From Selaginella moellendorffii (lineage: Eukaryota > Plantae > Lycopodiophyta): a stretch of 64,000 bases of DNA. The stretch lies in NCBI RefSeq assembly GCF_000143415.4, contig NW_003314267.1, forward strand, positions 641,394 through 705,393. The letters are read 5' to 3'. The translations under genes and the position numbers were made by a program. The first letter of the stretch is position 1. Every line of letters begins with the position of its first letter. Below the pieces are notes generated by a model. It was not told the DNA's origin. It ran no database searches and saw only the letters and a list, made by a program, of their open reading frames with translations. This document shows, piece after piece, positions 24,877-38,630 of the stretch.

Positions 24877-25985
24877 TCGGGACCGAGACCGAGACCAAGG
24901 CCGAGGCCGAGACCGAGCCCGAGCCCGAGTCCGAGTCCGAATCCAAATCCGAGTCCGAGTCCGAGTCTGAGTCCGAGTCCGGAGCCTGAGAGGGTGAAAG
25001 CCCAAAGCGTTCGTCTCCCAGACCCTGGGGGGTTTGGTGAGCTCCAAAAGTATAGTAGGGGGAGGACTGCAGTGGAGCCAGTTTGGCCAGGAAAGGCCAG
25101 TTTGGCCCAGGAAGGCCGGACCCAGTGTTGGGTGATGAGCTGCCCACTGGGAAGTCCAAGACTAGAGTGAACACGGACCGACAAGCGGGGTAGCTTGGTG
25201 AAGTGTTCAAGAGCCGGCTCTAGTTCCCCCGGGAGATCGACTGGCCGATGCTCCCAGTCCAAGTGTGGGTGGCACTACCTACTTGGATACCAGGCGTGGC
25301 TCAACGGAACCTCGCTCTAAGCCCATGGCTAGAGCACCTAAAGGCGATAGGTGGGGAGAGTACCCAGGTGGCTCGCGTAAGGCCACGGTGTTCCGAAATG
25401 TTGTCCCAAAGGCCCAGACTGTGGAAAGGAAGAGGAGCAGTCCTCTGGGGTAGTGACCAAGGACACAGTCATGTGGTGAGGAAGTCCCAGAGGACCGTGG
25501 GACTTAGTGGTCGGGCCTGTGGGCCTCGATCTAGTGGCAGTGTTGGCAAACACGGCCAGGGGCAGAAAGGGACTTGGTAGGAACTGACAAAGGGACTTTG
25601 GGGAAGGCGATTCCCCAGGTCTGTGGGCATCCTAAGGATGCTAAGGAGTGGATCTAGGATGACCACTCGTGGACACATGGCCCAGTCTTGGAGAGACGAG
25701 GTGGTGATGCAAGTGGTGTAGGACCACTAGTGCAGCAAAGGTGAATGGGCCTGGCCTTAGCGTAACGGGCCGAGATGTCAGTGGTACCTTTGGGTGTCGG
25801 TCTTGGGACCGGACACGTGGAGCACTTGGACCAGGTGCAAGTGTTGAGTGGCAGGGATGCCATTCTTGGGGCTAGCAAGTCCCAAGTCCTGAATTGGACT
25901 GATGGAGGTTGTGAATGAGACTCCTCCAAGTGGTCGGAGGTGTGGTTAAGTGACTAAAGTAGAATGGAAAAATTAGTCTCTTACA
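24298..25985 (+). mobile_element. Family B solo LTR (1688 bp), young
   Basis: TGT...ACA ends. Perfect TSD AGGGA at 24293-24297 and 25986-25990. CpG-rich. Empty paralogous site at ~46205-46235. Confidence 0.95.
24527..24985 (+). repeat. 12-bp (GAGATGGAGTCC/GAGATGGACCC) then 6-bp (GAGACC, GAGTCC) tandem array
   Basis: Seen directly in the sequence. Confidence 0.97.
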
Positions 25986-26309
25986 AGGGAGAGATGGTGG
26001 AAAAGGTTTCAAGAGGTACTAACAATCTGACATTGAAGGTTTAGTTGTTGTTGAGGACAATTGGAATTACAATAAAGCTCTAGAGATCTAATAAAGATAA
26101 GGTTTGCTGGCATAGAGGATGAGCATAGGAGAATTAGTAGAGAAGTATTGGCTTAAACAAGACTCAAAGAAGTAGAATGTAATTCCATTGCATCCTAGGT
26201 GGTGGTAGGGAAGCACAACTATGCCATCTAAACCTTGGAAAAAGTTTAAGTCATACTTGATTAATATGGTAGTATAGTGAGCTCATGGAAGCATGAAGTT
26301 AACAAAAGT

Positions 26310-29300
26310 ACTATAGTTCTAGACAAAGATTTGAGGACCCAATAGGCTCCTCAATTAAATGCACATTCAATTCCCAACACTAATTTCCCTATAGTAGGAT
26401 TTAGAAAACTTTGCTCATTGAAAACTTTTCTTAGCTAAGAAAGGTGGTATTTTGTTCTTAATTCACAAATCTAAATAAGTTTGTAGCTATCCTCTGGCCA
26501 CTTCAATCCATTAGGTCTATATCAAAACTAATGCTAAGAAGTGCTATCCAAACCTTGGAAATAGTCGAAGCCATGTTTGATTAGAGTGGTGTATAGAGTG
26601 TGATGCGGACATACACAAATATTCCCTAGGAGTCATAAAAAAAGAATTTACGCTAGAGGACAGTAAAGATATAAAGAAAATTAGAGGGAGAGTTGGCTAT
26701 AAAAAAGAGGGTAGTGATAAAGAAGGGTTAGGTTGGCATCACTCCTTTTTTAAAGTGATTAATAATGTTTAAGATCATTTAAAAGTGTTTCTAAATTGAT
26801 TTTAGTGAGTAATAAAGAAATTATGAGTGTTAGCAAGATTGCATTTGGTTTTTAATGAGTTTTGAAGTGTTTTTAGAGAGTTTCAATTATAGCTCATGGT
26901 TGGCCATAGTTAATAAAGCATCTCTGAGCAATTTCATTAAATAATCCTTGTTTGTTTCTCTTGAGACTCACTAAAGTCTTACCTAGGAGTCGTATAATGA
27001 AATTTATGCAATATAGCACCTTTTAGCCTTAGCTATGATAGAAACTCTACTAAATTGAAGCAACTAAAGGATAACTGCAAACCCAATTGAATCTTATGCG
27101 CTAAGAACATGTATAACCTTTTCTTGGCTGGGAAATATTTTCTATAAATAGGGTTTTCTTGAATTTTGCTATAAAGAGATTGATAGTTGGGAATTGCGTG
27201 TGTGTTTGATTGAAAGGCTTATTGTGTCCTATCTACAACTTTGATATTCCTACTGATTTTTTGCTTTCTGCTTTTGCATTTTTAGAAAGGGTCATCACAC
27301 AATAGGCCATGTGGCAAAATATTTACTAGTGTTATGGGTAAGTTCAGTTGTTCCCTCTTCCTAAGTGGCACTCATTAATGATCTTATATCCAGCTATTGC
27401 ATGCAAATATTTGAAGATTGGCACCCTTAACAAGTTATAGTACTTAAAATAGTTACCACTAAATTTAAAATAAAAAAAGAACAAAATTAGCAATAACAAG
27501 GAAAAAGTTAGTACTTAACATTGAATTTGGAAATGTTAAGAAAATAAGCATAGTGTCTTGATATGCCAAAACAAAACCAAGAGGCACATTCTTCTACAAA
27601 TAGAAAATATTAATAAATAGGAAACATTTTATATAAATTAACTTTAAATCATTTTGCAAAAAAAAAAAAAAACATCAACCAACCTTGAGAAGCTCAAGGT
27701 TTCTATTGGCAAGAAAATTACTATTCAAACCATGTTAGAGGCATCTAAAAGCCATAACATTTTCTAAGTGTGACTTGCATGAACACCACATCAAATTCCT
27801 TTGCTTTAGCAATTAACTTGATTTGGTACCATATGGGCTTTAGAAATGGAAAGTAAGCTACCCAGAGTGGTCATTGGTATAGCTCACAAAAGTATAGAGA
27901 GTTGTCATAAGATTAGTGTTTGAGATCATTGTCATTATTCCCATAGTTTTTACATATATATTCATTTAGTTTATTGCAATTTAACAATATAAGTCATAAA
28001 TAGTAAGAAAGTGAGTAACCTAAATTAGAATTTAACCAACCTACCAATTGATCCTTTACTTATTTGTTTTTAGGAATGTTTAATATATGAGGTATAGTCA
28101 CAAAAGATGTTATATCAACCACAATAACTTTACCAAGTGCTAAGGCATCTATGGTTTCTATTTATATTGTAAAGGAGTTTCCCCCATTTCCTCTATTTGG
28201 TGTTGATAAAGGGCTTTTCCCATTTCCTCTATTTGATGTTGTTAAGGAAGGTCTTCCTTATTACTTAGTGCTGCAACAGTGACATAATGAAACACCTAAA
28301 CATCATAAATAAAACTCTCCTCTTTGACAAGCCCACTACCTCCCGCACTGGTGCTTGTTGAGAGGTCTTGCCTCCCCTTGCTACCCCTTNNNNNNNNNNN
28401 NNNNNNNNNNNNNNNNNNNNNNNNNNNNNNNNNNNNNNNNNNNNNNNNNNNNNNNNNNNNNNNNNNNNNNNNNNNNNNNNNNNNNNNNNATTAGCCCTGT
28501 CTCTACCTCCCCTACCTAGCACTAATACCTTGCCTCCTCTGGTCTTGCCAACTTTGTCTTTACCTCCCCCAAGCACTACTACTTTGCCTCTTTTGGTCTT
28601 ACCAACCCTATCTTTGCCTCCCCTACCTACCACTAAAGGGCTTGCCTAGCCTCTTCCCCAGCCTTAGTTTCTTCTATAGCCTCTTTCCTTTCCTAGAGTT
28701 GGTGTTGTTGCTATTACCACTACTCCTATATGCTTACTTCTTAAAGCTTCTACTGCTGTTGCTACTACTTCAACCACACGTGCTACTGTTGCTTGTTGAG
28801 GATAAAACAATATAAATCCCTCGCATTAAGTCCTTCTAAAATAACATGAAAGATTGAATCTTCGATATAATGCTATAGTGTAAACTAATAAATATACAAG
28901 AATATCAAGGTCAAACTATCCTAGCACTACTAGATTATAGGAATAGCAAATATCTTTATAACTCTAAGTGTTCTCTTCTCATGTTAGCAACACTTTTTTG
29001 TATGCATTTCTCCTTGTCCAAACATTTAAGTCTATAGCTTCATAATGAGAGATAAGAGTTTGTTAGCTCTTGTCTATAATTATTTGGGATCCAACCCAAA
29101 AATGAGTAAATTACTCTTTGGGAGAATTAACATTATTAAAAGCACAAACAAGTGGCTTGGCTTAGAGAGTGGATTCTCAAGAAAGCCATCTTTGACCATT
29201 TTATTTATGCTCAATATGAACAAATATATGGTAACACTAATGTGTAACACTTTAAGGTATATTTTTATTCCTCTTATATACATATATTTTATTATGTACT

Positions 29301-32300
29301 TAATTCCAAGTGCTCTTAGAATCTATTTTAAATGCCCAAGACAAAGCAATATGCTTGTGCCACCAAAAAAGGGGGAACAGTCAAACTCACCCTGATTGGC
29401 CCATGTCACTAACAGATATTCTACCATATGGCTAGCTATACAATAAGAGTTTCTAAAAATGCAGAAACATGAAGTTAATAAAAGTATTAGAGTTCTATAT
29501 AGAGATATGAAGACCCAATAGGCCCATCAACCAAATGCACATTCAATTCTCAATTGTTAGTCTCCCTCATAAAGATGTAGTTTTGATAGACTCTATTGGA
29601 TTAGAGCAGCTAAAGGATAATTGCAAATTTAATTGAATTTTGGGAATATATACCACCTTTTATTGGTTGGGAAAATATTTCCTATGAGTAGGTTTTCTAA
29701 ATCCTATTGTGGAGAGGCTAATAGTATATGTTTAACTAAAAGGGTCATTAGGTTTTTTGATCTCTATCTATAGCTTTGATACTCCTTCTAACTTTATACT
29801 TTTGCATTCTTGGAAGAGTTTGTCATACAACTAGCTATGTAGCAGAATATTTGTTGGTGATATGGGCTAATCAAAGCAAGTTCGACTATTTCCCCTTCTT
29901 AGGTGCCACATTCTAATGATCTTATGTTCAACTATCGCATGCAAATATTTGAAGATTGGCACCCTCTATGAATTATAGTGGGCAAAATAGTTACCACAAA
30001 ATCTAAAATCCAAAATAGAAAAAAACATAAACTTAGGAACAACAAGAAAAAAGTTAGCAATTAATATGGAATTTGGAAATGTTCAAGAAACAAGCATAGT
30101 GTCTTGATATGCCGAGATAAAACTAAGGGGCACATTCTTTTACAAATAGAGAATATTAATAAATAAAAAACAATTTATATAAATTATCTTTAAATCATCT
30201 TTTAAAAAAAAAATATGCCGACCAACCTTGAGAAGCTCAAGGAGTCTATTGGTGTATTAAGATGAGGTTGCTACTTAAACCATGTTGGAAGCATGTAAAA
30301 GCTTTAAGATTTGCCATGCATAAATGCTATATCAAATTCCTCTACTTTAGCAATTAGCTTAATTTGGTACTATGTGAGCTTTGGAAATGAAAAGTAAGCT
30401 ACCCACAAGTGGTCATTAGCATAGCCCTCAAGATATCATAAAACTAATGTTTGATCATAATCAGTGTTTTCATAGTTTTTACGGAAGATAGTAATGCATA
30501 TTCGTTTAGTTTATTGCAATTTAATAGCTTATAAAAGAATATAAGTCATAAATAGTAAGAAAGTGAGTAAACTAAATTAGGATTCAACCAATCTACTAAT
30601 TGATCCTCTTGCTTACTTGTTTCTAAGAATGTCTAATATAGGAAGTATAATCACAGAAGATGTTATATCAACCATAATAGCTTTACTAATGCTAGGCCAT
30701 TTATAACTTCTATTTGTGTTGTAAAGGGACTTCCCCCATTTTCTTTATTTGGTGTTATTAAAGGGCTTCCCCCATTTCCCGTATTTAGTGCTATTGAGGA
30801 GGGTTTGCTTTGTTATTTAATGTTGCAATAATGACATAATGAAACACATAAACATCCAAAGACATTTCATAAACAAAACCTTCCTCCTTAACAAACCCTA
30901 CTTCCTCCTTGCTTGGTGTTTTCAAAGAAATCCCATCTCCCCTACTTGCCCCTTCTCTTGGTGGTGTCGAGGACATCCTACCTCCCCACCAAACCCTCCC
31001 CTTAATGTCAGTGCTATTTCACTTCTTCCAGTCCTACTAACCCCTTCTCTTAACACTAGTGTTAAGGATGTCTTGCCTCCCCCACTAATCCCTCCCTTTA
31101 GTGTTATTACCTTGCCTCCCCAAGTCCCATTAGTGCTATCTCTACTTTCCCTACTTAGCATTGAGGCTTGCATAACCTCTTCCCCAGCCCTAACCTCTCC
31201 CTTGGCCTCTTCCCCTTCTTGGAGTTAGTGTTATTGTTATTGCCATTACTCATACACACCTACTTCTTGGAGCTTCTACTACTGTTGCTATTACTATTAC
31301 TTTAGCCCTTGAGGATGAGACAATATAAATCTTTAGCTATTAAGCTCTGCTAAAACCCCAAGAAATATTGAATCTTTGATATAATGATATAGTGTAAGAA
31401 AACATCCAGGTCAAACTATATCCTAGTGCTGCTAGATTATAAAAATAGCAAATAACTCTATTTCCCTCTGGTAATTTTAAGTTTTTTTATCTTCTTTCGT
31501 CATCAACACTTTCTTATGCATTTTCTCCTTAGCTGAACATTTAAAGCTATGGCTTTGCAATGAGAGATAAGATTTTTATAGCTCTTTTCTATGATTACTT
31601 GGGATCTAATATGAAATGAGTAGATTACTCTCTATAGAATCATCATTGTTAAGAGCACAAATAAATGCACTAGCTTGGAGAGTGGATTCTTAAGAAGGCC
31701 ATCTCCAACCATTTTATTTAGGCTTATTATGGACAAATTTATTGAAGCAACATTGATGTGTAGCGCTTCAAGTTATAATTTTATTCCTCATGTATATATA
31801 TTTGTTGTGTATCTAATTCCAAGTGCTTGTGGAATCTATTTAAAATGCCTAAGGCAAGGCAAAGTGCTTGGGCTGCCAAGAAAAGGGGAACAGTTAAACT
31901 CACCTTGATTGGCTTATATCACTAGTGAATATTTTGCCACATAGCTAGTTATACGGTGAGAATGCAAAAGCATAAAGTTCTAGAGTTCTAAAGAAAGATT
32001 TAAGAACCCAATATACCCTTAGTCATATACACATTCAATTCCCAATTGCCAGCCTCCTTACAGTAGAATTCAGGAAACCCTACTCACTGGAAACTTTTCC
32101 CACCCAAGAAAAGGTGGTATCTTATTTCTATCTCACAAATCCAAATAAGTTTATAGTCCTCTAGCCATTTGATCTAATAGAATCTCTATCAAAACCAAGG
32201 CCAAGAGGTGCTATCCAAAACTTGGAAACATATTTAATCAACATGGTGTCTAGAGTGTGATATGGAGATGTATAAATATTACCTAGAATTTGAGCTAAAG

Positions 32301-33005
32301 TAAAATAGAGATCTAAAAGAAATCAATAAGAGAGTTGGATATAAAAAGGAGGGTGAGAGTAGTGGGCCTCACCCCTTTTTTAATGTGATTAACAGTGTTT
32401 AAAACATTTAAAAGTGTTCTAAAGTAATCTTAGTGAGTAGTGAGGAGATTGTGAGTGCTAGCAAGATTACACTTAGTTTTTTATAAGCTTTATAAGCTTT
32501 AAAATGTTTTTAGAGCATTTTGATTGTAACTCACAATCACTATTAATAATAGAGTGTCCCCAAGCAACTTTGTTAAGTATTTTTTGTTTATTTCTCATGT
32601 AGCTCATTAGATTCTTGCCTAGGAGTAGCACAATGGAGTCTATGTGCCATAGTGCCTCCTAGCTTTGATTCTACTAGAGACTCTACTAGATCAAAGTGGT
32701 CAGACAATAGTTGCAAACTCAATTATATCTTGTGAGCTAGAAATAGGGTGCCATCTTTGTTCAGCTAAGAAGTATATTTAGTGAGGGTTTCTTGAATCTT
32801 ATTATAGAAAGACTAATGGTTGGGAATTGCATGTGCATTTGATTAAATGGCTCATTAGGTCCTTAGATCTTTATCTAAAACTCTAGTATTCTTGTTGACT
32901 TCTTGCTTTTGCATTTTTGGAAGAGCTCGCCACACAGCTAGCCATGTGGCAAAATATCCACCAATGATATGGGCCAATTAGGGTAAGCTCAACAATTCCC
33001 CCTCC
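26310..33005. repeat. Diverged ~2.5 kb tandem duplication with alternating ~330-bp inverted repeats
   Basis: ~27340-29570 aligns with ~29880-32060. Forward arms ~26310-26545, 29370-29570 and 31880-32213. Reverse arms ~27012-27345, 29580-29900 and 32649-33005. Confidence 0.7.
28390..28489. other. Assembly gap (100 N)
   Basis: Run of n. Confidence 1.
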
Positions 33006-35260
33006 TTAGTATCAAATAGTAATAGAATATTGCGTATCTTGACGTTTTGTCATGTAACAAGTAACTAGATATAAAAATCTATTATATTTTTTAGGAATAG
33101 CAAGAAGAGTATCCTATTAAATAGTGGGAGCGAGCTCAACTCTTGGAGGGCTAAAAGACAATTCTTGGAGGAAATTTAAGCAATGCAACTGGGCAAATAT
33201 TGATAAGCTAAAGAAGAGGCTATAAAAGGAATCTATCTAGCTTCCAATGTATTAGAGAGAGGAGTTGTAATGACATCAATAGCAACAACCACATTAAGAT
33301 CTAGGCTGCCAGGAGGTCTTAGGGAAATGCTAAAGACCTCCCTAAGTTTCCAAGAGATGCTAAGAAAGCCTCAAACAACTGTAAAGGGTGGTTGTGGTGT
33401 TAGATTCTTTGATAAGGAGGAATTCTGGAATTAAGGATTTGCAATGAATCAAGAGGAGCTATCATATAATGATTTTGCCTCCTTCCATAGGGCTAGAGAG
33501 CCTCACAAAGGAAAAGGGCTTGGATTTCAGCCAACATTTGGTAGAAGAGGTTGAGGATGAAATAACTTCATAATGCCACAATAGAAAGTTCTTCCAAGTG
33601 GAAGTGGATAGAATCGTGAAAGTCCTTCGAAATTTGGTTGAAAGGGTGGACATAATGACCATTAGGGATGAAGATTGTAATCTCCACCATTGAGTCAACT
33701 AAAAAGTTCCAACAATGAGGATGTCAAAAGCCCAAAGGCATATGCAAAATAAACATTAGTGGTAGAGATAATTTGCTAGTTGCACAAAGTGGATATTGCA
33801 AAAGAAAAGCACCAAACTTATGTTGTAATATAGATGGCTAAAAAGAAGCAAGAAATCTTTGAGAAAGGTACTAAGCCAACTACTGAAAAGGATGAGATGC
33901 TAAACTTCCCAGTAAATATGAAATTCAAGGATCTAGCTCTAGCATATGCTAATTTAATAGAAAGTACACAAGAAATGATTTCTCAACAATAGGTTAATAT
34001 TCCAATAGATCGGATAGGAGTTAAATGTTACTTCCTTGATCAAGCATTGGATTGAAATTGTAAATGCTACTATGATAAGGAAATAGGCATATCAATACTT
34101 TGAGGTGGAGACTAAAGTGATCAATAATAGTTTGGACTCTGCTGTATCCATAGTGTTTCCTATAGTGCTTGCACCTAAGTAGGATGGAAGTCTTTGGATG
34201 TGTATAAATTGCAAGCTGTTAAACAATGTCATGACAAAAGATGTGCATTCTATGCGTCAAATTGACATAATATTGGATCGAGTGGGGATCGAGTGGGGAA
34301 ATAATTCTCAAGGATTGACCTAAAGTAAGGATACTATTAAATCAAAGTAGCAGAGAAAGATGTTGAGAAAACAACTTGTTGAACAAGATATGAAAGTTTT
34401 GAGTTTCTAATGATGCCCTTTGGGTTATGCAATGTGTTGGTAATGTTTTCAGCATTGATAAACCACATTTTTGTACCCTACTTGAATCACTTTGTGATCA
34501 ATTATATTGACAATATCCTGATCTATAACAAGATGCTAGAGGAGCATGTTGAACACTTGACAAAGATATTTGAGAAACTAAAGGAACACAAGTTGTATGC
34601 TAAAGAGAGCAAATGTGACTTTACTTAACAAAAGGTAAAATTTCTTGAGTATGTGGTGGGCAAGGATGGGCTTAAGTTAGACCTTAAGAAGGTCCAAGTG
34701 ATTCAAGAATATGAGCAACCATCAAATGTACACGAGTTGAGGGGAACTAAAGAAGGTAGCCTTAGAAGAGTGTCATGATAGACCTCTTGCTAAACACAGT
34801 AGAGTGCCCAACACGATGGGCTTACTCAAGAAAAAGTATCATTGGCCAAACATGGCTAAAGACGTTCAAGACTATGTAAAGGCATGTTCAATATATCAAC
34901 AGGTCAAAGCCATGACTAAGGCTAGTAGGGGCTTATTACAGAGCATCTCAATTCTATATCATCCATAGAAATGTCTTACAATGGACTTTATCACAGGACT
35001 CCCCCCAAATGAGGGGTTTGATGCTATATTCGTGGTGGTAGATCAATTTTCAAAGATGGCACATTTCATACCCTCCACAACAAAAGTGGATGCCAAAGGT
35101 ATGGCAAAATTGTTTTTCGAATAAATGGTTCGAGTGCGGAGAAGGCCAAAAGAAATTATCTCAGATCGAGATAAGATTTTCACCAGTAGATTCTGGAGAA
35201 CTCTCTTGTAGCAATATCACACCAAGTTGAAATTCAACACAGCCTATCACCCACAAATAA

Positions 35261-35307
35261 GTATAGGGTATTGAGTCAAGTTTGATGGCAATGACACTTC
35301 TTAACAG
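35261..35307 (+). other. Putative spliceosomal intron 1 in the family D integrase (47 nt)
   Basis: GT...ACAG. Removal restores the frame and the YHPQ-TDGQTERV motif (decayed to QINR*TKRV). Confidence 0.7.
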
Positions 35308-38300
35308 ATAGATAAACAAAAAGGGTGATTAGGCAGCTGGAAGATTATTTGTGATGCTATGTCTTTGAAGATCAAACTGATTGGGTAAGTCATTTAAGAC
35401 TTGCAGAAATGTGTTATAACAACTCACTACATTTGAGTATTGGGGTGAGTCCATGGAAAGTCATCAATGGGCGAGCTATTGAAGGTTCTGTGGAACTCAG
35501 CATGGTTGAGTATCATAGAGAGTTACACATAGTGGAGGCGTTCATGGCAGAAAAACTTAACATTTGGAATCTAGTGAGGGATTCCTTGGAATGGGCTCAA
35601 CAAAGATAAATTAAATACACAAACCAAAAGTGGCAGAACATGGAGTTCCAACCTGGGCAAAGGTATGGCTAAACACCAAAAACCTAAGGTTACCAAGTGG
35701 AATTAGCCAAAAGTTGACCAAAAGGTAAAATATAAGACATAAAAATCCCTAGTCCCCAAAGAGGAGCCGAAAGGGTGCCATGTGGTAGTGGCCGAAGCGA
35801 AAGCCAAACAAGCATAACTTGTTTGGACTAAAAGCTTCGACTTGAAAGGTCAAGAGTGGGAGTGGAACGCCCAATGAAGTGCTTGAGGAACTAACACAAA
35901 GCGAGCAATAAGTGAGTCTCTAGAAAAGGGACACAAGAGGACTAATAAATGAGACTTGGAGGAGTCTGAAATGGAGTCCAAGGTGGAGTCCGAGATGGAC
36001 TGAGATGGAGTCTGAGATGGAGTCTGAGATGGAGTCCGAGATGGACCCGAGATGGAGTCCAAAGTGGAGTCCAAGATAGAGTCTGAGATGGACCCAAGAT
36101 GGAGTTCGAGATGGACCGAGATGGAGCCCGAGATGGAGTTCGAGATGGACCCGAGATGGAGTCCGAGATGGACGCGAGATGGAGTCCAAGATGGACCGAG
36201 ATGGAGTCCAAGATGGAGTCTAAGATGGAATCCAAAACGGAGTCCGAGAAGGACCTAAGATGGAGTCCGAGGTTGAGACTGAGACCAGGACCGAGACCGA
36301 GACCAGGACCGAGACCGAGACTGAGGCCAAGACTGAGACCGAGACTGAGACTGAGACCAAGTCTGAGTCCGAGTCTGAGCCCAAGTCTGAGTCCAAGTCC
36401 AAGCTCGAAAGTGAAAACCCAAAGCATTCATCTCCTAGACCCTAGGGGGTTTGGTGAGCTCCAAAAGTATAGTAGGGGGGAGAACTCTAGTGGAGCCAGT
36501 TTGGTCAGGAAAGGTCAGTTTGGCCCAGGAAGGCTGTACCCAGGTGTTGGGTGATGGGATAACCACTAAGAAGTCCAAGGCTAGAGTGAATATAGACCAA
36601 TAGGTAGGGTAGCTTAGTGAAGTATTCAAAAGCCGACTTTAGTTCCCCCAGGAGATCAAATGGCCGATGCTCCCAGTCCAAGTATGGGTGGCACTACCTA
36701 CTTGGATACCTGGCGTGGCTCAATGGAACCTCACTCTAAGCCCACGGCTAGAATACCAAAGGGCGGAAGTTGGGGAGAGTACCCATGAGGCTCATGTAAC
36801 CACGGTATTCCGAAATGTTGTCCCAAAGTCCTAGATTATGGAAAGAAAGAGGAGTGGTCCTTTGGTGTAGTGACCAAGAATATAGTCATGTGGTGAAGGA
36901 GTCCTAGGGGACAGTGGGACTTAGTGGTCAAGCCTATGGGCCTTATCCTAGTGGCAGTGTTAGCAAACTCGGCCCTGGACAGAAAAGGGACTTTGTGGGG
37001 ACTATAAAAAGGATATTGGGAAGGCTATTCCCTATGTTTGCGAGCATTTTAAGGATGCTAAGGAGTGGACCTAGGACGGTCACTCATAGAAGGATGCCCC
37101 AGTCTTTGAAAGACAGGACTATGATACATGTGGTGTTGCACCATCAGTATGACCAAGGTGAATAAGCATGGCTTTAACGTAATGGACTGGTATGTTGGTG
37201 GTATCTTGGGGTGTCGGTCATGGGATCGGATATGTGGAGCACTTGGACCAAGTGCAATGGTTGAGTGATATGGATGCCATTCTTGGGGCTAGCAAGTCCC
37301 TAAGTCTAAAATAGGACTTATGGAGGTTGTTAGTAAGACTCCTCCAAGTGGTTGGAGGTGTGGTTAAGTGATTAAAGTAGAATAGAAAATTTAGTCGCTT
37401 ATAATTTGGTATCGGAGCTATTCCTTAATCTGACTTTTATTGGTGCTCAATTATATCACCACTTGTGTTTGGCATCAAAAGGTCCTAGAAGTGGGCATAT
37501 TCTAGGGGAGTAGCAAGTCGAGAAGACATGACTCTCCACTACAATTCATGTGTGAATTTGTAGGCAAGGTGGTGGATAGAAAAGGTCCAATAATGGAACG
37601 ACTTTGGGATCTTGGGAACAGTATAAGATTTTCCTCATAGAGTTGAGGATGTGATCCAAATGAGCATTTGACTTAGCAAACTGGTTAATGTAGTTGTGGT
37701 AAACAACTATAGTTGAGATCACAGAAAAGATAGGGACTCCAAAACAATAAAGGAGTCACAAGACTACTCTTATATAGTTGAGGCTGATGCTCATGAATTT
37801 GAGACTAGAATTAATGACTGTGGGAGGTTAAACACAAATAAAAACATAAGTCCTTGAAATGGTAGTGGGGGCTACCTTTTATAAATGCTGGACCTAACCC
37901 AAGGAGTTGGGGGCTGTGCTTAGAGGATGAGTTGGTATTCTCATCATATGGACGGATAATTCTAAGAGGCAAAGGTAACCCACAAGAAAAAAAAAATAAT
38001 CAAGTGTTGGAGTAGCACTTGCAAAACTGGTCCTTATGAGTAGGACATGAATACAATAGGTTGTACTCCAACAAGCTGACACCTCAAAAGTGGGACCTTA
38101 CAAATCATCAAAGTCTAAAAAGCTGGATGACTCAAGTAGAGTCAAAGAATGGTCCTAAGGGACTGGTAGAAGCATTTGGACTGAGGTGTGTTGTGCCCCA
38201 CGAATGATGGGGAGGATCATAAGATCCAAGTATGAAAACAATGGTGTAGCGCATGTGATCATGGGATGAAATTTGAATATACTGTCATTGTGGATCCTTG

Positions 38301-38630
38301 GAACCTTGAGGGATAAATAGGGATAAAATAGCCACTAAGGGCTCTCTTATCAAGCAATTGCCCTTTTTCCAGTTGGTTTAAGGGGAGAGAGATAAGGTGC
38401 GCTACAGTTGGTATCAAAGCAAATGGCACGGGTTTGATTCCCATTGATTAGTGGCTACTTAAAAGTATAATATACCCTTGAACAAGGTATATTCTTACCC
38501 CTAAATTTGAAATCATATGTATTAGGCATCCATGCATACGTCCTTTCTCTTGTGTGGAGTATCCACGGACGAAGGTATCCACCGTGGGACTGCGGTACAG
38601 GTGAATGACTAGTTGCCTCACATGGAATAG

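Noticed and set aside
24527-24985. CRISPR-like array
   Set aside because: Head-to-tail tandem repeats with no unique spacers, no cas genes and a eukaryotic context.
24286-25262. Long ORFs of 150-315 aa in nearly all frames (also 5075-5656, 35942-36554, 43855-44364)
   Set aside because: They are by-products of the stop-free 6/12-bp LTR minisatellite and show no domain signal.
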